In this document: positions 9,102 to 18,678 of the stretch, piece after piece
How the letters are laid out: each line of letters starts with the position of its first letter
How positions within the stretch are numbered: the stretch's first letter is position 1
DNA from: Candidatus Poribacteria bacterium
Lineage (GTDB): Bacteria; Poribacteria; WGA-4E; PCPOR2b
Direction of reading: 5' to 3'
Length of the DNA: 64,000 bases
Assembly: GCA_965218095.1 (NCBI GenBank)
Contig: OZ244587.1
Span: 6,112,001 to 6,176,000, forward strand
Notes under the pieces: generated by a model
The model's input: only the letters and a program-made list of their open reading frames with translations
Told to the model about the DNA's origin: nothing
Database searches by the model: none
Made by a program: the position numbers and the translations under genes

Positions 9102-10511
9102 TCAAGCATTTTTTGCCATCTTATTGTTCGAGCCCGCGCGGTGAAAGTGATAAGTGTCCTGCTTCTCATATCCCAACCGCCTCGGAACATCCTCAATCGT
9201 TTCCTTCAGCACATCGACAATTTGAAGGACTTCCGACTCGTTGATCGTGAACGGCGGACTGATGGCAATGTGATCGCCGCTCACACCGTCAATCAGCCCG
9301 GGGGCACCCGGCATAATCAATACGCCTTTGTCAAAAGCCAGATCCACAACCATGGAGGTTACGCCCTTTGAAACGTCGAATGGCGTCCCTTTCTCTTTGT
9401 CGGCAACAAATTCGATACCGATTAGTAACCCCTTTCCACGAATGTTTCCGACAATTGGCAATTCCTGAAGCGGCATCAACTGTTCAAGCATCAGGTCGCC
9501 CATCCGTGCACATTGCGCAACAAGGTCATGTTTTTCGATATAATTCTGCACGGCAAGCGCCACAGCACACGAAAGGGGATTGCCGCCATACGTGTGTCCA
9601 TGCGTAAAACTGGTTGATTTTTTATAGATGGCGTCGTAGACTCTCTCGTGGGCAATTGTCGCGGCAATCGGAGTATAACCGCTGCTCAATCCCTTGCCGG
9701 TGGTCATGATGTCGGGGACGACGTCCCAATGCTCAATGGCAAAGTTGACGCCGGTCCGCCCGAAGCCGGTCACCACTTCATCAACGAGCATCAGGATGTT
9801 ATGCCGATCACAGATCTCCCGAATGGTGGGGTAGTAGTCCGGCGGCGGCGCCACGCCAGCCGCGGAGGTGCCGAGGATCGGTTCAGCGATGAACGCGGAG
9901 ATATACTCACTCCCCTCCTGATGAATCACGCGCTCAAGCTCTTCGGCACAAGTGAGATGACATTCGGGATACTCCTGTCCGTAGGGACATCGATAGCAGT
10001 AGGGCGCTGGAATATGCGGGAAATCAAGTAGGTAGGGCACATAATCACCTCGCCAGGAGGTCCGTCCGGACATCGACAGCGCCCCGATCGTATTGCCGTG
10101 CCAGCTTTGCCACCGGGAGATAACCTTATACTTTCTCGGATTCCCGGTTTCAAGATGATATTTCCGCGCCATCTTCATCGCGGATTCTGTCGCCTCCGAG
10201 CCACCGGAGACGAAAAATACTTTTGAAAGTCCATCTAGCGTCAGGTCGTCGATTTTTTGCGCGAGATCGATCTGGGGCTGCGTGAGGAAGCGGCTGTAGG
10301 TGAAACAGACCTTACTGGCTTGTTCCTGCATAACATCGGCGATTTCTTTGACGCCATGCCCGATGCTCACGACATGCACCCCCGCGCACGCATCAAGGTA
10401 ACGCTTTCCCTCCGTATCAAACAGATAAACGCCCTCGCCATGGGAAATCTGCTGCCATTTGCGCTTGAGCGTTCTGTGAAAAATACGATCATCGTTCTGG
10501 ATTTCAGTCAT
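9102..10511 (-). CDS. Class III PLP-dependent aminotransferase
   Basis: GSEATE, SWHGNT, FIAEPI, DEVVTGFGRTG, TTGKGLSSGY, HGHTYGGNP. Confidence 0.95.
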   Translation of the reverse strand: MTEIQNDDRIFHRTLKRKWQQISHGEGVYLFDTEGKRYLDACAGVHVVSIGHGVKEIADVMQEQASKVCFTYSRFLTQPQIDLAQKIDDLTLDGLSKVFFVSGGSEATESAMKMARKYHLETGNPRKYKVISRWQSWHGNTIGALSMSGRTSWRGDYVPYLLDFPHIPAPYCYRCPYGQEYPECHLTCAEELERVIHQEGSEYISAFIAEPILGTSAAGVAPPPDYYPTIREICDRHNILMLVDEVVTGFGRTGVNFAIEHWDVVPDIMTTGKGLSSGYTPIAATIAHERVYDAIYKKSTSFTHGHTYGGNPLSCAVALAVQNYIEKHDLVAQCARMGDLMLEQLMPLQELPIVGNIRGKGLLIGIEFVADKEKGTPFDVSKGVTSMVVDLAFDKGVLIMPGAPGLIDGVSGDHIAISPPFTINESEVLQIVDVLKETIEDVPRRLGYEKQDTYHFHRAGSNNKMAKNA

Positions 10512-10563
10512 CTGTTTATCTCCCTATCTGCTTCATCAAAGGATTGCATGAATTTCTTAATTC

Positions 10564-11397
10564 TCAATTCTTAGTGCGTTTGGGTGGAGTGGTGGACACG
10601 CCTTCCAACCCTCCACTAACTCTTAAGACCTCGCCGGTGATCCACGACGCCGCCGGGCTACAGAGAAAAGCGACGCCCCGGGCGATGTCGATCGGCTCGC
10701 CCCACCGCCCCATCGGAATGGAACTACGAATGCGCTCGATCATTTCCTCTTCGGTGATGTTAAGGGTCTTGCAACGTTGCGCCATGCCCGTTCTGTTGAA
10801 CTCGGTGTAAACAGGCCCCGGGCTTACCGCATTCACCCGGACGCCGTAAGCCGCTAACTCCAACGCCAGCGTCCGGGTTAGGCTGATGATGCCCGCCTTC
10901 GCCACATTATACGCCACAACCAGCGCGGCCGGATTCTGGCCGTTGATCGATGCGACATTGACAACACACCCCGACTCCTGACGCTCCATAATCCCTCCGG
11001 CGGCGCGACAGCAGTAGAACGCCCCAGTCAGCGTGGCCTTCAACACACGGTCCCACTCCTCATCGCTCAACTCGACGACGGGCGTCACCTTCTGGCCGAC
11101 GCCGGCGTTGTTGACCAGGATGTCCAATTGCCCATGCTCGCTGACCACGCTATCAAAGAACGCCGTCACCCCGGCGCTGTCGGTAATGTCTAGGTGAGCC
11201 GCCTGTACTTTCAAGCCATCTTCCTGCAATTGACGGGCTTGCGTCTCTGCTTTTTCAAGTTGCAGGTCGGCGATTATCACCGTTGCGCCGTCACGGGCGA
11301 GCTGTTCGGCAATTCCCAAGCCTAAGCCCTGGGCGGCTCCGGTTACTACCGTGATTAATCCATCAAGACCGCGTGAAGAAGTCGCATCATCGCTCAT
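10564..11397 (-). CDS. SDR family oxidoreductase
   Basis: TGAAQGLG, NNAG, YNVAK, VNAVSPG. Confidence 0.95.
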   Translation of the reverse strand: MSDDATSSRGLDGLITVVTGAAQGLGLGIAEQLARDGATVIIADLQLEKAETQARQLQEDGLKVQAAHLDITDSAGVTAFFDSVVSEHGQLDILVNNAGVGQKVTPVVELSDEEWDRVLKATLTGAFYCCRAAGGIMERQESGCVVNVASINGQNPAALVVAYNVAKAGIISLTRTLALELAAYGVRVNAVSPGPVYTEFNRTGMAQRCKTLNITEEEMIERIRSSIPMGRWGEPIDIARGVAFLCSPAASWITGEVLRVSGGLEGVSTTPPKRTKN

Positions 11398-11499
11398 GTA
11401 CGTACCTCACTTCCCAAATTTTTTCCGATGAGACATGTCAAAATTGTATCATTGCTCCCACATCGTGCTTCTCAACGCTGAACCACGAGTTCAGCGTTC

Positions 11500-12471
11500 T
11501 CAGCCGGCGACCGCCCACGCCGACGCTTCGTCTAGCGCATTCTGTTCATCGGCGGTCAGTTCCCAACTTGTACTGCCCACGTTTTCCTCCACTTGCTCTG
11601 GACTATCAGGACCAATCATCGCCGCTGAAATTTCGGGGTGTGATAAGACCCACGCAATAGCGACCTGCGCAGGTGTCTTCTCTCGCTTCGCGCCGATGCG
11701 AATGAGCGTTTCCACCACATGGTCGGCAGCGGGCGACATGATTTCCTCAAACCCACTCCGTCCCTGTCCCCATGGCGTGTCGGGCGGAGGCGGCGCGCTG
11801 TGACGAAACCGCCCTGTCAGCAAGCCGATGGCAACCGGACTATACGTCATCATCCCCAGTCCCTCCGCACGGCAGAAGGGCATCATCTCTAGTTCCAGCG
11901 AGCGGTCGAGCAGGTTGTAATAGTTCTGAACACAGATAAATGGTGTGAGATTACGGAGGTCGCTCACCCACAGCGCCTTACACACCTGCCACGCTACGAA
12001 ATTGCAGCAGCCGATATAGCGCACCTTTCCCTGACACACAAGGCCATCCAACGTTCGCATCGTTTCCTCAATCGGCGTCGTGGCGTCGAAACTGTGGAGC
12101 AGGTAGATGTCAATGTAGTCCGTCTGAAGGCGCGATAGGCTCTTGTCAATCTCGCGCATGATGTGGAAATGCGATAGTCCATGGTCATTAGGCCCCTCAC
12201 CGACGGGGCTGCAGACTTTGGTCGTAATGACGAGTTGATCGCGCCGTCCTTTGAGCGTCTCCCCAAGGATACGCTCGGAACGTCCGCGCTGATAGATATT
12301 CGCGCAATCGATGAAATTGACGCCAAGATCAATAGCGCGTTCAATGGTCGCCCGGCATGTTGCATCATCGGGGCGTCCACGAAAAGCCACCCCCAGACAA
12401 ATGGGCGAGATCTTCACGCCCGCTGTGCCGAAGTTGCGATACTCCATTTGATGTTGCTCCTTTCCCTCCAT
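11500..12471 (-). CDS. Aldo/keto reductase (likely start ATG 12447)
   Basis: FIDCANIY, TKV, SLSRLQTDYIDIY, GKVRYIG, YSP. Confidence 0.95.
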   Translation of the reverse strand: MEGKEQHQMEYRNFGTAGVKISPICLGVAFRGRPDDATCRATIERAIDLGVNFIDCANIYQRGRSERILGETLKGRRDQLVITTKVCSPVGEGPNDHGLSHFHIMREIDKSLSRLQTDYIDIYLLHSFDATTPIEETMRTLDGLVCQGKVRYIGCCNFVAWQVCKALWVSDLRNLTPFICVQNYYNLLDRSLELEMMPFCRAEGLGMMTYSPVAIGLLTGRFRHSAPPPPDTPWGQGRSGFEEIMSPAADHVVETLIRIGAKREKTPAQVAIAWVLSHPEISAAMIGPDSPEQVEENVGSTSWELTADEQNALDEASAWAVAG

Positions 12472-12802
12472 AGCGGTAAAGTGTGAAAGAATGACCGCCT
12501 CCTTTACGCATTACATATTGAATTCATCTATAAAAAATAAGGAATTTGCTAGCCCGAAAACTCTTGAAATTCGGGCGCCAGAGGCATTCCGCTCTCGGGA
12601 AAATGGACAACCTTGCACCCCTGTGCTCGTCCGATCCCATCGGACTCCCTCACCCCTTTGCCCCTGCTGCGACGCAGAGATACGCCTTATGGGACAAGGA
12701 TTCACGCAACGGAAAAAGTTAGCTTGGTGCATATGGGCGGCTCCCCTGATGGCGATAGCCAAGAATAGCAACTTTGAACATTGAAACACTCCTTATTCCT
12801 GT

Positions 12803-13666
12803 TCATTTGACCTCATTCCAAAGCTTCATCAGGTATTCGTGGCTTCTTTGCAGGACAACGACTCGCTTCTCGTCCGGAACATTTTCGCAGTTAATCAGAT
12901 GGACGCGATCCGTCGAATTCCGCTTGAACGCCTTGATATAAAGTTCAAACGGGCTATGCCCGGCGCCCAACTCAATCGACCACATGGGGCGAGGACGGTC
13001 CTTTGCCAGACTATGGTCTTTCCACCCAACAACCGGTATCCGATTTGGATACTCATCCACAAGCAGCCAACCGTACCCCTCTGCGCTTGTCATGTGGCCA
13101 ATATTGAGGAGAACCCCGGCGTTCTCGCATGGCATGGAATCGAGCAACAGTCGGCAATCGTCCAAACCTTCGACCCACGCCCTATGGTGAATATCAACGC
13201 CGATTCGGAGACCCCCATCCCTAAAGGTCTCTGCCACCGCGTTCATGCAGGTAGCGAGCCGTTTGATCTCTGCTGCCTTTTCCGGTATGGGAATTTTAGA
13301 CCGGCCACAGTTCGGAACGGGATGCGTCAAGTATCTGCAATCTAGCGCGAGCGCGTAGACTGCGTATTCCTTCAACGCTGCGATTGTTGGTTCGATGCCT
13401 CTATCGCTTTGGATATCAATTTTTCCAGAGAAATGAAGCGCACCGATTTCCAGTCCGGCGTTGCAAATCGCCTTGCGGAGGTGCTCAGGGTCAGAGTCGA
13501 GAAGGTTGGGAAATGGGCTCTTGCTCGTGCCTTCCGAATTGACAGCCTCTGCATTGCGGCTCGTCAGCAGCAAGATGGAGTCGAAGCCGATCTGCTTAAT
13601 CGTGGCGAGCGTCCTTTCAAACGACATGTGATGTCCGACTGCATGGGTCACAACGCCAAATTTCAT
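12803..13666 (-). CDS. Sugar phosphate isomerase/epimerase (xylose isomerase-like TIM barrel)
   Basis: Overall pattern with DIHH, LNIGH, WKD, ELGAG, CEN; metal-ligand residues partly divergent. Confidence 0.7.
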   Translation of the reverse strand: MKFGVVTHAVGHHMSFERTLATIKQIGFDSILLLTSRNAEAVNSEGTSKSPFPNLLDSDPEHLRKAICNAGLEIGALHFSGKIDIQSDRGIEPTIAALKEYAVYALALDCRYLTHPVPNCGRSKIPIPEKAAEIKRLATCMNAVAETFRDGGLRIGVDIHHRAWVEGLDDCRLLLDSMPCENAGVLLNIGHMTSAEGYGWLLVDEYPNRIPVVGWKDHSLAKDRPRPMWSIELGAGHSPFELYIKAFKRNSTDRVHLINCENVPDEKRVVVLQRSHEYLMKLWNEVK

Positions 13667-13702
13667 TGCTTTTCAACCCCTTATTGTGATTGAATCAATG
13701 CC

Positions 13703-13731
13703 ATTATAGCAGATTGGGGTAGTTCCGTCAA
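13703..13731 (-). promoter_or_regulatory. sigma70 promoter for the TIM-barrel gene
   Basis: TTGACG-17 nt-TATAAT with TG extension. Confidence 0.75.
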
Positions 13732-13777
13732 TACCGTTTCGTGAGTATTTTTGAGAGATTAAATTCCGTTTATGCGC

Positions 13778-13806
13778 TTGACTTTATGCGTATATTATGC
13801 CAAAAT
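13778..13806 (+). promoter_or_regulatory. sigma70 promoter upstream of the structured region and transporter
   Basis: TTGACT-17 nt-CAAAAT with TG extension. Confidence 0.55.
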
Positions 13807-13814
13807 AGATGAGC

Positions 13815-13968
13815 GCATTTACTATCACTAAATGCCCAGTGTGCTCTGGCGCATCGATCCAATGACCAGGGATTTGAGTCAAGGGTTCAGTGAACTCTTG
13901 AACTTTTTCGACGTCAATTTTCCAGTTCCGATGCGGGTTCTCAAAGGTTTAGTGATAGAACACCATGC
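13815..13968. ncRNA. Candidate structured RNA (long concentric hairpin) or MITE
   Basis: Three nested inverted repeats centred near 13890: 13822-32/13948-58, 13850-56/13929-35, 13879-89/13891-901. Confidence 0.4.
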
Positions 13969-14027
13969 CCATTGATAATTGCGAATACCCTGTCAATCGC
14001 AAATTTTCTTAAAATGAAAGGAAGGAA

Positions 14028-15521
14028 ATGGACAATAGAGAGACAGTTCAAGAGACTGAGGAAGAGATAGGAAAAGTTGAAGTTCCACCGGTCAGCGGCG
14101 TATTTGCTGAACGGTGGTCAATGAAGAAGGTATTTGGGCTGCTTGCCGTTTTTGGGCCTGCCGCGATTGTGGCATCAGCTAGCATTGGCGCTGGTGAAAC
14201 CATTGTCGTCGTCCGCGCAGGCGCATGGGCGGGCTATGGACTGCTATGGCTTGTGCTTCTAAGCTGCGTTGTCAAGGGTGTATTTGTCACCTACCTGCTT
14301 GGGCGCTACACAGCGGTCAGCGGCGAGCATATCGGGCACCGTCTCGTGCGACTGCCCGGACCGCGCGGCTGGCTGCTGATTGCGATTTTGGTAATGGAAA
14401 TGATTGGCGCGCCGCTGGCGTGGGTGCCGATTGCGAAACCGTGTGGGGACCTGTTCCACTTTATACTTAAAGGCATGCCAAGGTCTATCCCAGAACCGAT
14501 CTGGGAAAACATCTTCACCTCCGCCTTCATCGCCGTTGCTCTCACGCTTGGCTTACGGCTTTCGTTTGAAAGATTAGAGAAACAGCAGCTCGTGATTTGC
14601 GGCATCCTTGTCACCGGAACGATTATCGGTACATTGATGGTGCGTCCCAGTTTCGGGGAAGCGCTTGTTGGAAGCGTCAGCGTCGGACGTCCGGATTTTC
14701 CGGCTTGGACGCCTGAAGACACTCGTCAAAATCCGTTGCTCACGATGGCGACAGCGTTCGCTTACGTGGGCGGTTCGGTGATGGGATACATCGTTTATGC
14801 CAACTGGATTGGACTGCACCGATGGGGGATGACAGGGCACGAAAAGATCTCCGCCATCCGACAACACGCTTCCACACGCGATAGGATTGACTACCTGCCT
14901 GACGACCCGGAGCAGGTGAGCCGATTACGGAAAATTATTGCGCCGCTGCGGTGGGATGTCGGCATGGGGGCAATCGTTCTGTTTATTGTAACGGGGGCAT
15001 TCATGGTATCCGGAGCCGCCGTTCTGTATCCCCTCAAAACCGAGTTTAAAGGTTGGAGTTTGCTCACCGAACAAGCCCACGTCTGGAGTAATATTCACGC
15101 TTCGCTGGTCTGGGTCTATTACATCTGCATCATCGCAGCACTCTGGGGAACTCTGCAAACACTGCCCGAAATCTACGCCCGTGTGACGCAGGAGTTTTTT
15201 CAGGCAATCTGGCCCAACCGCGAGTGGGATTATCATAAAATCCAGCGTATCATTTGCGTCTACATCTTCCTCACCACGATAATCATCATTTGGCTCAACA
15301 TCCCGTTCGACATCCTCACGCAGATCGCTGGCTTCATCCTAGCGAATTTCTCAATCGCGCTCATGATGCTTGCCACGCTGTATTTGAATTTCAAACTCCC
15401 CTCTGTCTATCGGACGCGGCTTCCGATGTTGATTGGCGCAATCGTGTCGGCAGGGATTCTAATTATCTTCGCAGGGATTAGTGGCTGGGGGTTGATTGGG
15501 AAGCTGTTTGGTATAGGATAG
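14028..15521 (+). CDS. Nramp-related (APC superfamily) membrane transporter
   Basis: About 11 hydrophobic segments; GPAAIVASASIGAGE..GAWAGYGLLW; lacks the DPGN motif of true MntH. Confidence 0.8.
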   Translation: MDNRETVQETEEEIGKVEVPPVSGVFAERWSMKKVFGLLAVFGPAAIVASASIGAGETIVVVRAGAWAGYGLLWLVLLSCVVKGVFVTYLLGRYTAVSGEHIGHRLVRLPGPRGWLLIAILVMEMIGAPLAWVPIAKPCGDLFHFILKGMPRSIPEPIWENIFTSAFIAVALTLGLRLSFERLEKQQLVICGILVTGTIIGTLMVRPSFGEALVGSVSVGRPDFPAWTPEDTRQNPLLTMATAFAYVGGSVMGYIVYANWIGLHRWGMTGHEKISAIRQHASTRDRIDYLPDDPEQVSRLRKIIAPLRWDVGMGAIVLFIVTGAFMVSGAAVLYPLKTEFKGWSLLTEQAHVWSNIHASLVWVYYICIIAALWGTLQTLPEIYARVTQEFFQAIWPNREWDYHKIQRIICVYIFLTTIIIIWLNIPFDILTQIAGFILANFSIALMMLATLYLNFKLPSVYRTRLPMLIGAIVSAGILIIFAGISGWGLIGKLFGIG

Positions 15522-15527
15522 TAGAAA

Positions 15528-15574
15528 CAAGATGCAAGATTCAAGATGCAGAATCCTGAATCTTGCATCTTGTT
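15528..15574. terminator. Palindrome between convergent genes, built from heptamer repeats
   Basis: caagatgcaagattca...tgaatcttgcatcttg. Confidence 0.6.
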
Positions 15575-15575
15575 C

Positions 15576-16643
15576 TTATTTCGGTGGCAGGTGATAGCCG
15601 TCTTTCATCATCCTGATCCGGTAGAGGCTGTTTCCTGATGTGATGTACAAGGTCTTGCTCTCAACCCCGCGACCAAACGCAACATTGGTCGGTAGTTCCG
15701 GCGTCGTTGGGATATACCCCAGTTCTTTCCCTTCGGGCGAGTAGATGCAGATTCCCGGTCGAGTGATATCACGCACGGCGACATAAAGGTTTCCGTCCAC
15801 ATCAACAACCAGTCCGTCCGGTCCATCTTGCGGGGTGTAGTCATCCAGCACTTCCCGAAACTTAGCAGTTCCGTCAGGGGCCAGATCATACGCTAGCAAC
15901 GCCATGCGCCCTTTATGAAGCGGCGTATCTTCGGGAATCCGACCGATGCCGGTCATCCCGTTGTCATTACTGACCACGTATAGTGACTTTTGGTCGGGCG
16001 ACACCGCCACACCGTTCGGCTTTCCCGCATCGGTGATAATGTGGTGAATCGAGCCATCCGTATCAATTCGGTATACTGCCATGATGGGCTGGTCGATCGG
16101 CTCATGCCCCAGATACCGAGGGTCGCTGAAATAGATTCGCCCTTTTTCATCAATCGTGATGTCGTTGGGCGCATTAAATGGCCGTCCCTCATACAGACCG
16201 GCGATGATCTCACTCTTGCCTGTTGTCATGTCCGTCCGAGTGACACGGCGTCCACCGAAGTCTGCGCCTTCGGCGACGATCATCCGTCCTTGAGCGTCAA
16301 ACTTGATGCCGTTGGACATCCCACTTGGTGATCGGAAAACAGAAGCAGTTCCGGTCTTGGGGTCATATTTCCAGATGTGTCCCGCCTGCATTTCTGACGA
16401 ATGTGTAAAGGTAATGTCGCTGAAGTAGACGGTGCCGTCCGGCGCCACGGCAGGCCCTTCCGTGAAAAACGCATCGCTGAACAATTTTTTCAATCTGGCA
16501 TCAGGTGAAATGATAGTTGGATCTCCGCTCGGCTGTGGTGGTTCTGCGACACCTACCACCGGCATGCTCGTAAAAGCAAGACCGATGATGAGAACAAATA
16601 CGAAACAGAAATTCTCAGGTCGAAGCGAGTAACTGCTCAACAT
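15576..16643 (-). CDS. SMP-30/gluconolactonase family protein with probable signal peptide
   Basis: FTEGP, SNG, PNDI, YFSDP, PNGV, PDGL, PTNVAFG. Confidence 0.93.
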   Translation of the reverse strand: MLSSYSLRPENFCFVFVLIIGLAFTSMPVVGVAEPPQPSGDPTIISPDARLKKLFSDAFFTEGPAVAPDGTVYFSDITFTHSSEMQAGHIWKYDPKTGTASVFRSPSGMSNGIKFDAQGRMIVAEGADFGGRRVTRTDMTTGKSEIIAGLYEGRPFNAPNDITIDEKGRIYFSDPRYLGHEPIDQPIMAVYRIDTDGSIHHIITDAGKPNGVAVSPDQKSLYVVSNDNGMTGIGRIPEDTPLHKGRMALLAYDLAPDGTAKFREVLDDYTPQDGPDGLVVDVDGNLYVAVRDITRPGICIYSPEGKELGYIPTTPELPTNVAFGRGVESKTLYITSGNSLYRIRMMKDGYHLPPK

Positions 16644-16854
16644 GCTTCACTCCTTTCTTTATGCGTTAGATGACAAAGAGAAATATTCTTTCCGCTCCGA
16701 CTATTTTATTAGTTGGAGATTGGAGTTGAGAAGATTTTAGCAGATACGCTCAAAGAGGTCAAGCGAAAAACAGCTTGATATGCCTGTGGTCGCTGTGGGC
16801 GGCCTCTCTAGTATCAGTATACACTCTACACACAGTTCACCAGGTTCACAACGT

Positions 16855-17484
16855 TCACACGTTGAGACCGTTGCAAACGCGATCCAGCATTCGTGGGGGT
16901 TTGAGCCGCCAGCTTGACACGAAAATTTGCCACGCTTCTGCCACGTCAGCCGCGGACCGGTGCGGATAAAGCCCCAAATGGTGGCGGTTTTGACCGCCGG
17001 AAACGGGGGTTTTGGCAAATTTCCGAAAGTGGGCGCCGGAACGTGTCAACCCGGTTGTGGGTTTGAGGTAGATGTCAAGTTGGGGATGAACCCCCTTTCC
17101 GTCGGTCACATCAACTCGGACTGCGACCGCATGACCATTGAACGCTTTAATTTCCTTCACGACCTCCTGCAATCGGTCCATCCCGCGGGCAGCCAGCGTT
17201 ACCTGCGCTGCCGCTCGCGCCAGTATCAGGGCGAAATGGCAACCCAGCCCCCGCGATGCGCCAGTAACAATCGCACACCGGTCGGTCAAATCAAACGAAA
17301 CCTGCGCTTTCCACCGTAGATTCCTCGCTCATGCCAATTGTCCGCGTCCAGTCCAGGGCGGACGAACGCCTCTATGAAACTGCGGTCAAAGTGGAGTCCA
17401 TCGCGGCTGGCCATGAACACGATGTCGTCGTTATCTTGCCGTTCCATTTTAACCGCTTTCGTCGTTTTTTCCGTTGCAGCCCAT
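16855..17484 (-). pseudogene. Mosaic of gene fragments: internal piece of a hydrolase-like protein, N-terminus of an SDR, then IS-end-like DNA
   Basis: DDIVFMASRDGLHFDRSFIEAFVRPGLDADNWHER near 17330-17440; AIVTGASRGLG..VRVDVTD at about 17100-17289 with no NNAG/YxxxK; unrelated sequence afterwards. Confidence 0.55.
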
Positions 17485-17487
17485 TCC

Positions 17488-18678
17488 CTACAACTTTCCC
17501 TTGAATGCCTTGTCGAGGATAGACGGCAGCAGAGCGTCTAATTCGGCGGCGGTCTCCGCCTGAAGATCTTTGAGCGAGTCAACTTTCGCCTGTAGGTCGT
17601 CCAGATAGGCAACGATGCGACGTTGTTCGGAAAGACTTGGAACAGGTATGTGAATCTCTTTAATCCGTCCCATGCTCAAGCTTAGTAGGCCGCTAGTTGT
17701 TCGGCTTTGTGACTTAACTTTATCTCGCCCTACCGGACTGTTGAGAAAAACATTCAGGTATTCAGAATCAATTTTATCTTGGTCTGGGCGTATGCAAATA
17801 ACGTGGTTCTGGTGAACGCATGGCTCAATTTCACCACGAAACACGGCAGTACGTCCGATTTGGTCTGCGCTACCATTGCCCTCGATGATTAGAACATCGC
17901 CCGATCGAAGCCGCCTTTGCTCAAGCTCATCAGGCGGCATCTCGAAGTAGCGAGGGTCTGATAATAATATGCTGTTTCTTTGGACGTGAGCAACGGTCAG
18001 ATATCGGACGGGATAGTTGAGTGGGATTCGTTTCGGACTCTTCTGGAGACCTCCTCTGACTTCTGCAATCTTCTTAATCGGCAACGTATTAGCCTCGTCC
18101 AAAGCCCTAAATGCTTTCACCGCACCCGACCCCGAAAGTACCTCTGCTCCCTTCGCTGCCTGCTGCTGCAGTCCCCGTGCCATCTCAACCTTGGCGGCGA
18201 GTGCCTCAAGCCGCGCTACAATCCGCCGCTGCTCGGAGAGAACGGGAAGGGGAATTTTAATGTTGAGGAATAGGGCTGGCTTGATACGGTTTTTGCCACT
18301 CGTTCCCTGCGAGAGTGCCGCGCATTTCCCCCAAAATTTGCGCGTTTTTGTTTGCCAATGCATCCATCTGGGAACTATCCTGTCCAAATTAAGTCGAAAC
18401 ATCGGGAATTCACCGGAAGCCGCGCAACCATCAACCGCCGCTGTAGCAATCGCTGTCGATCCGTGTCTTACCCAGATCTTGTTTATGATTAAATCGCCTT
18501 CTTTCACGGCGTAGAGTGTTTTCGCCCGTGTTTGAAACCCATCAATCGTTTCTCGCTCGTATGCGCCTTTTCCCCACAATTTGACGCCGATAGTACGATA
18601 CTGAACTCCCGGCTCAACGGGCACTGGACGAGAGACGGGTTCACAGATTTCACCAAGCGGTATCTCCTGAAGACTCAT
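17488..18678 (-). CDS. hsdS: Type I restriction-modification specificity subunit
   Basis: Two TRDs each followed by IPLP/IPVP..EQRRIVA; ends SILDKAFKGKL; ATGA overlap with hsdM. Confidence 0.93.
   Translation of the reverse strand: MSLQEIPLGEICEPVSRPVPVEPGVQYRTIGVKLWGKGAYERETIDGFQTRAKTLYAVKEGDLIINKIWVRHGSTAIATAAVDGCAASGEFPMFRLNLDRIVPRWMHWQTKTRKFWGKCAALSQGTSGKNRIKPALFLNIKIPLPVLSEQRRIVARLEALAAKVEMARGLQQQAAKGAEVLSGSGAVKAFRALDEANTLPIKKIAEVRGGLQKSPKRIPLNYPVRYLTVAHVQRNSILLSDPRYFEMPPDELEQRRLRSGDVLIIEGNGSADQIGRTAVFRGEIEPCVHQNHVICIRPDQDKIDSEYLNVFLNSPVGRDKVKSQSRTTSGLLSLSMGRIKEIHIPVPSLSEQRRIVAYLDDLQAKVDSLKDLQAETAAELDALLPSILDKAFKGKL

Noticed and set aside
13711-13750. ggggtagttccgtcaatac resembling a yybP-ykoY Mn riboswitch upstream of an Nramp-like gene
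   Set aside because: Better explained as the minus-strand TTGACG-17-TATAAT promoter; lies upstream of the plus-strand promoter; the transporter lacks DPGN
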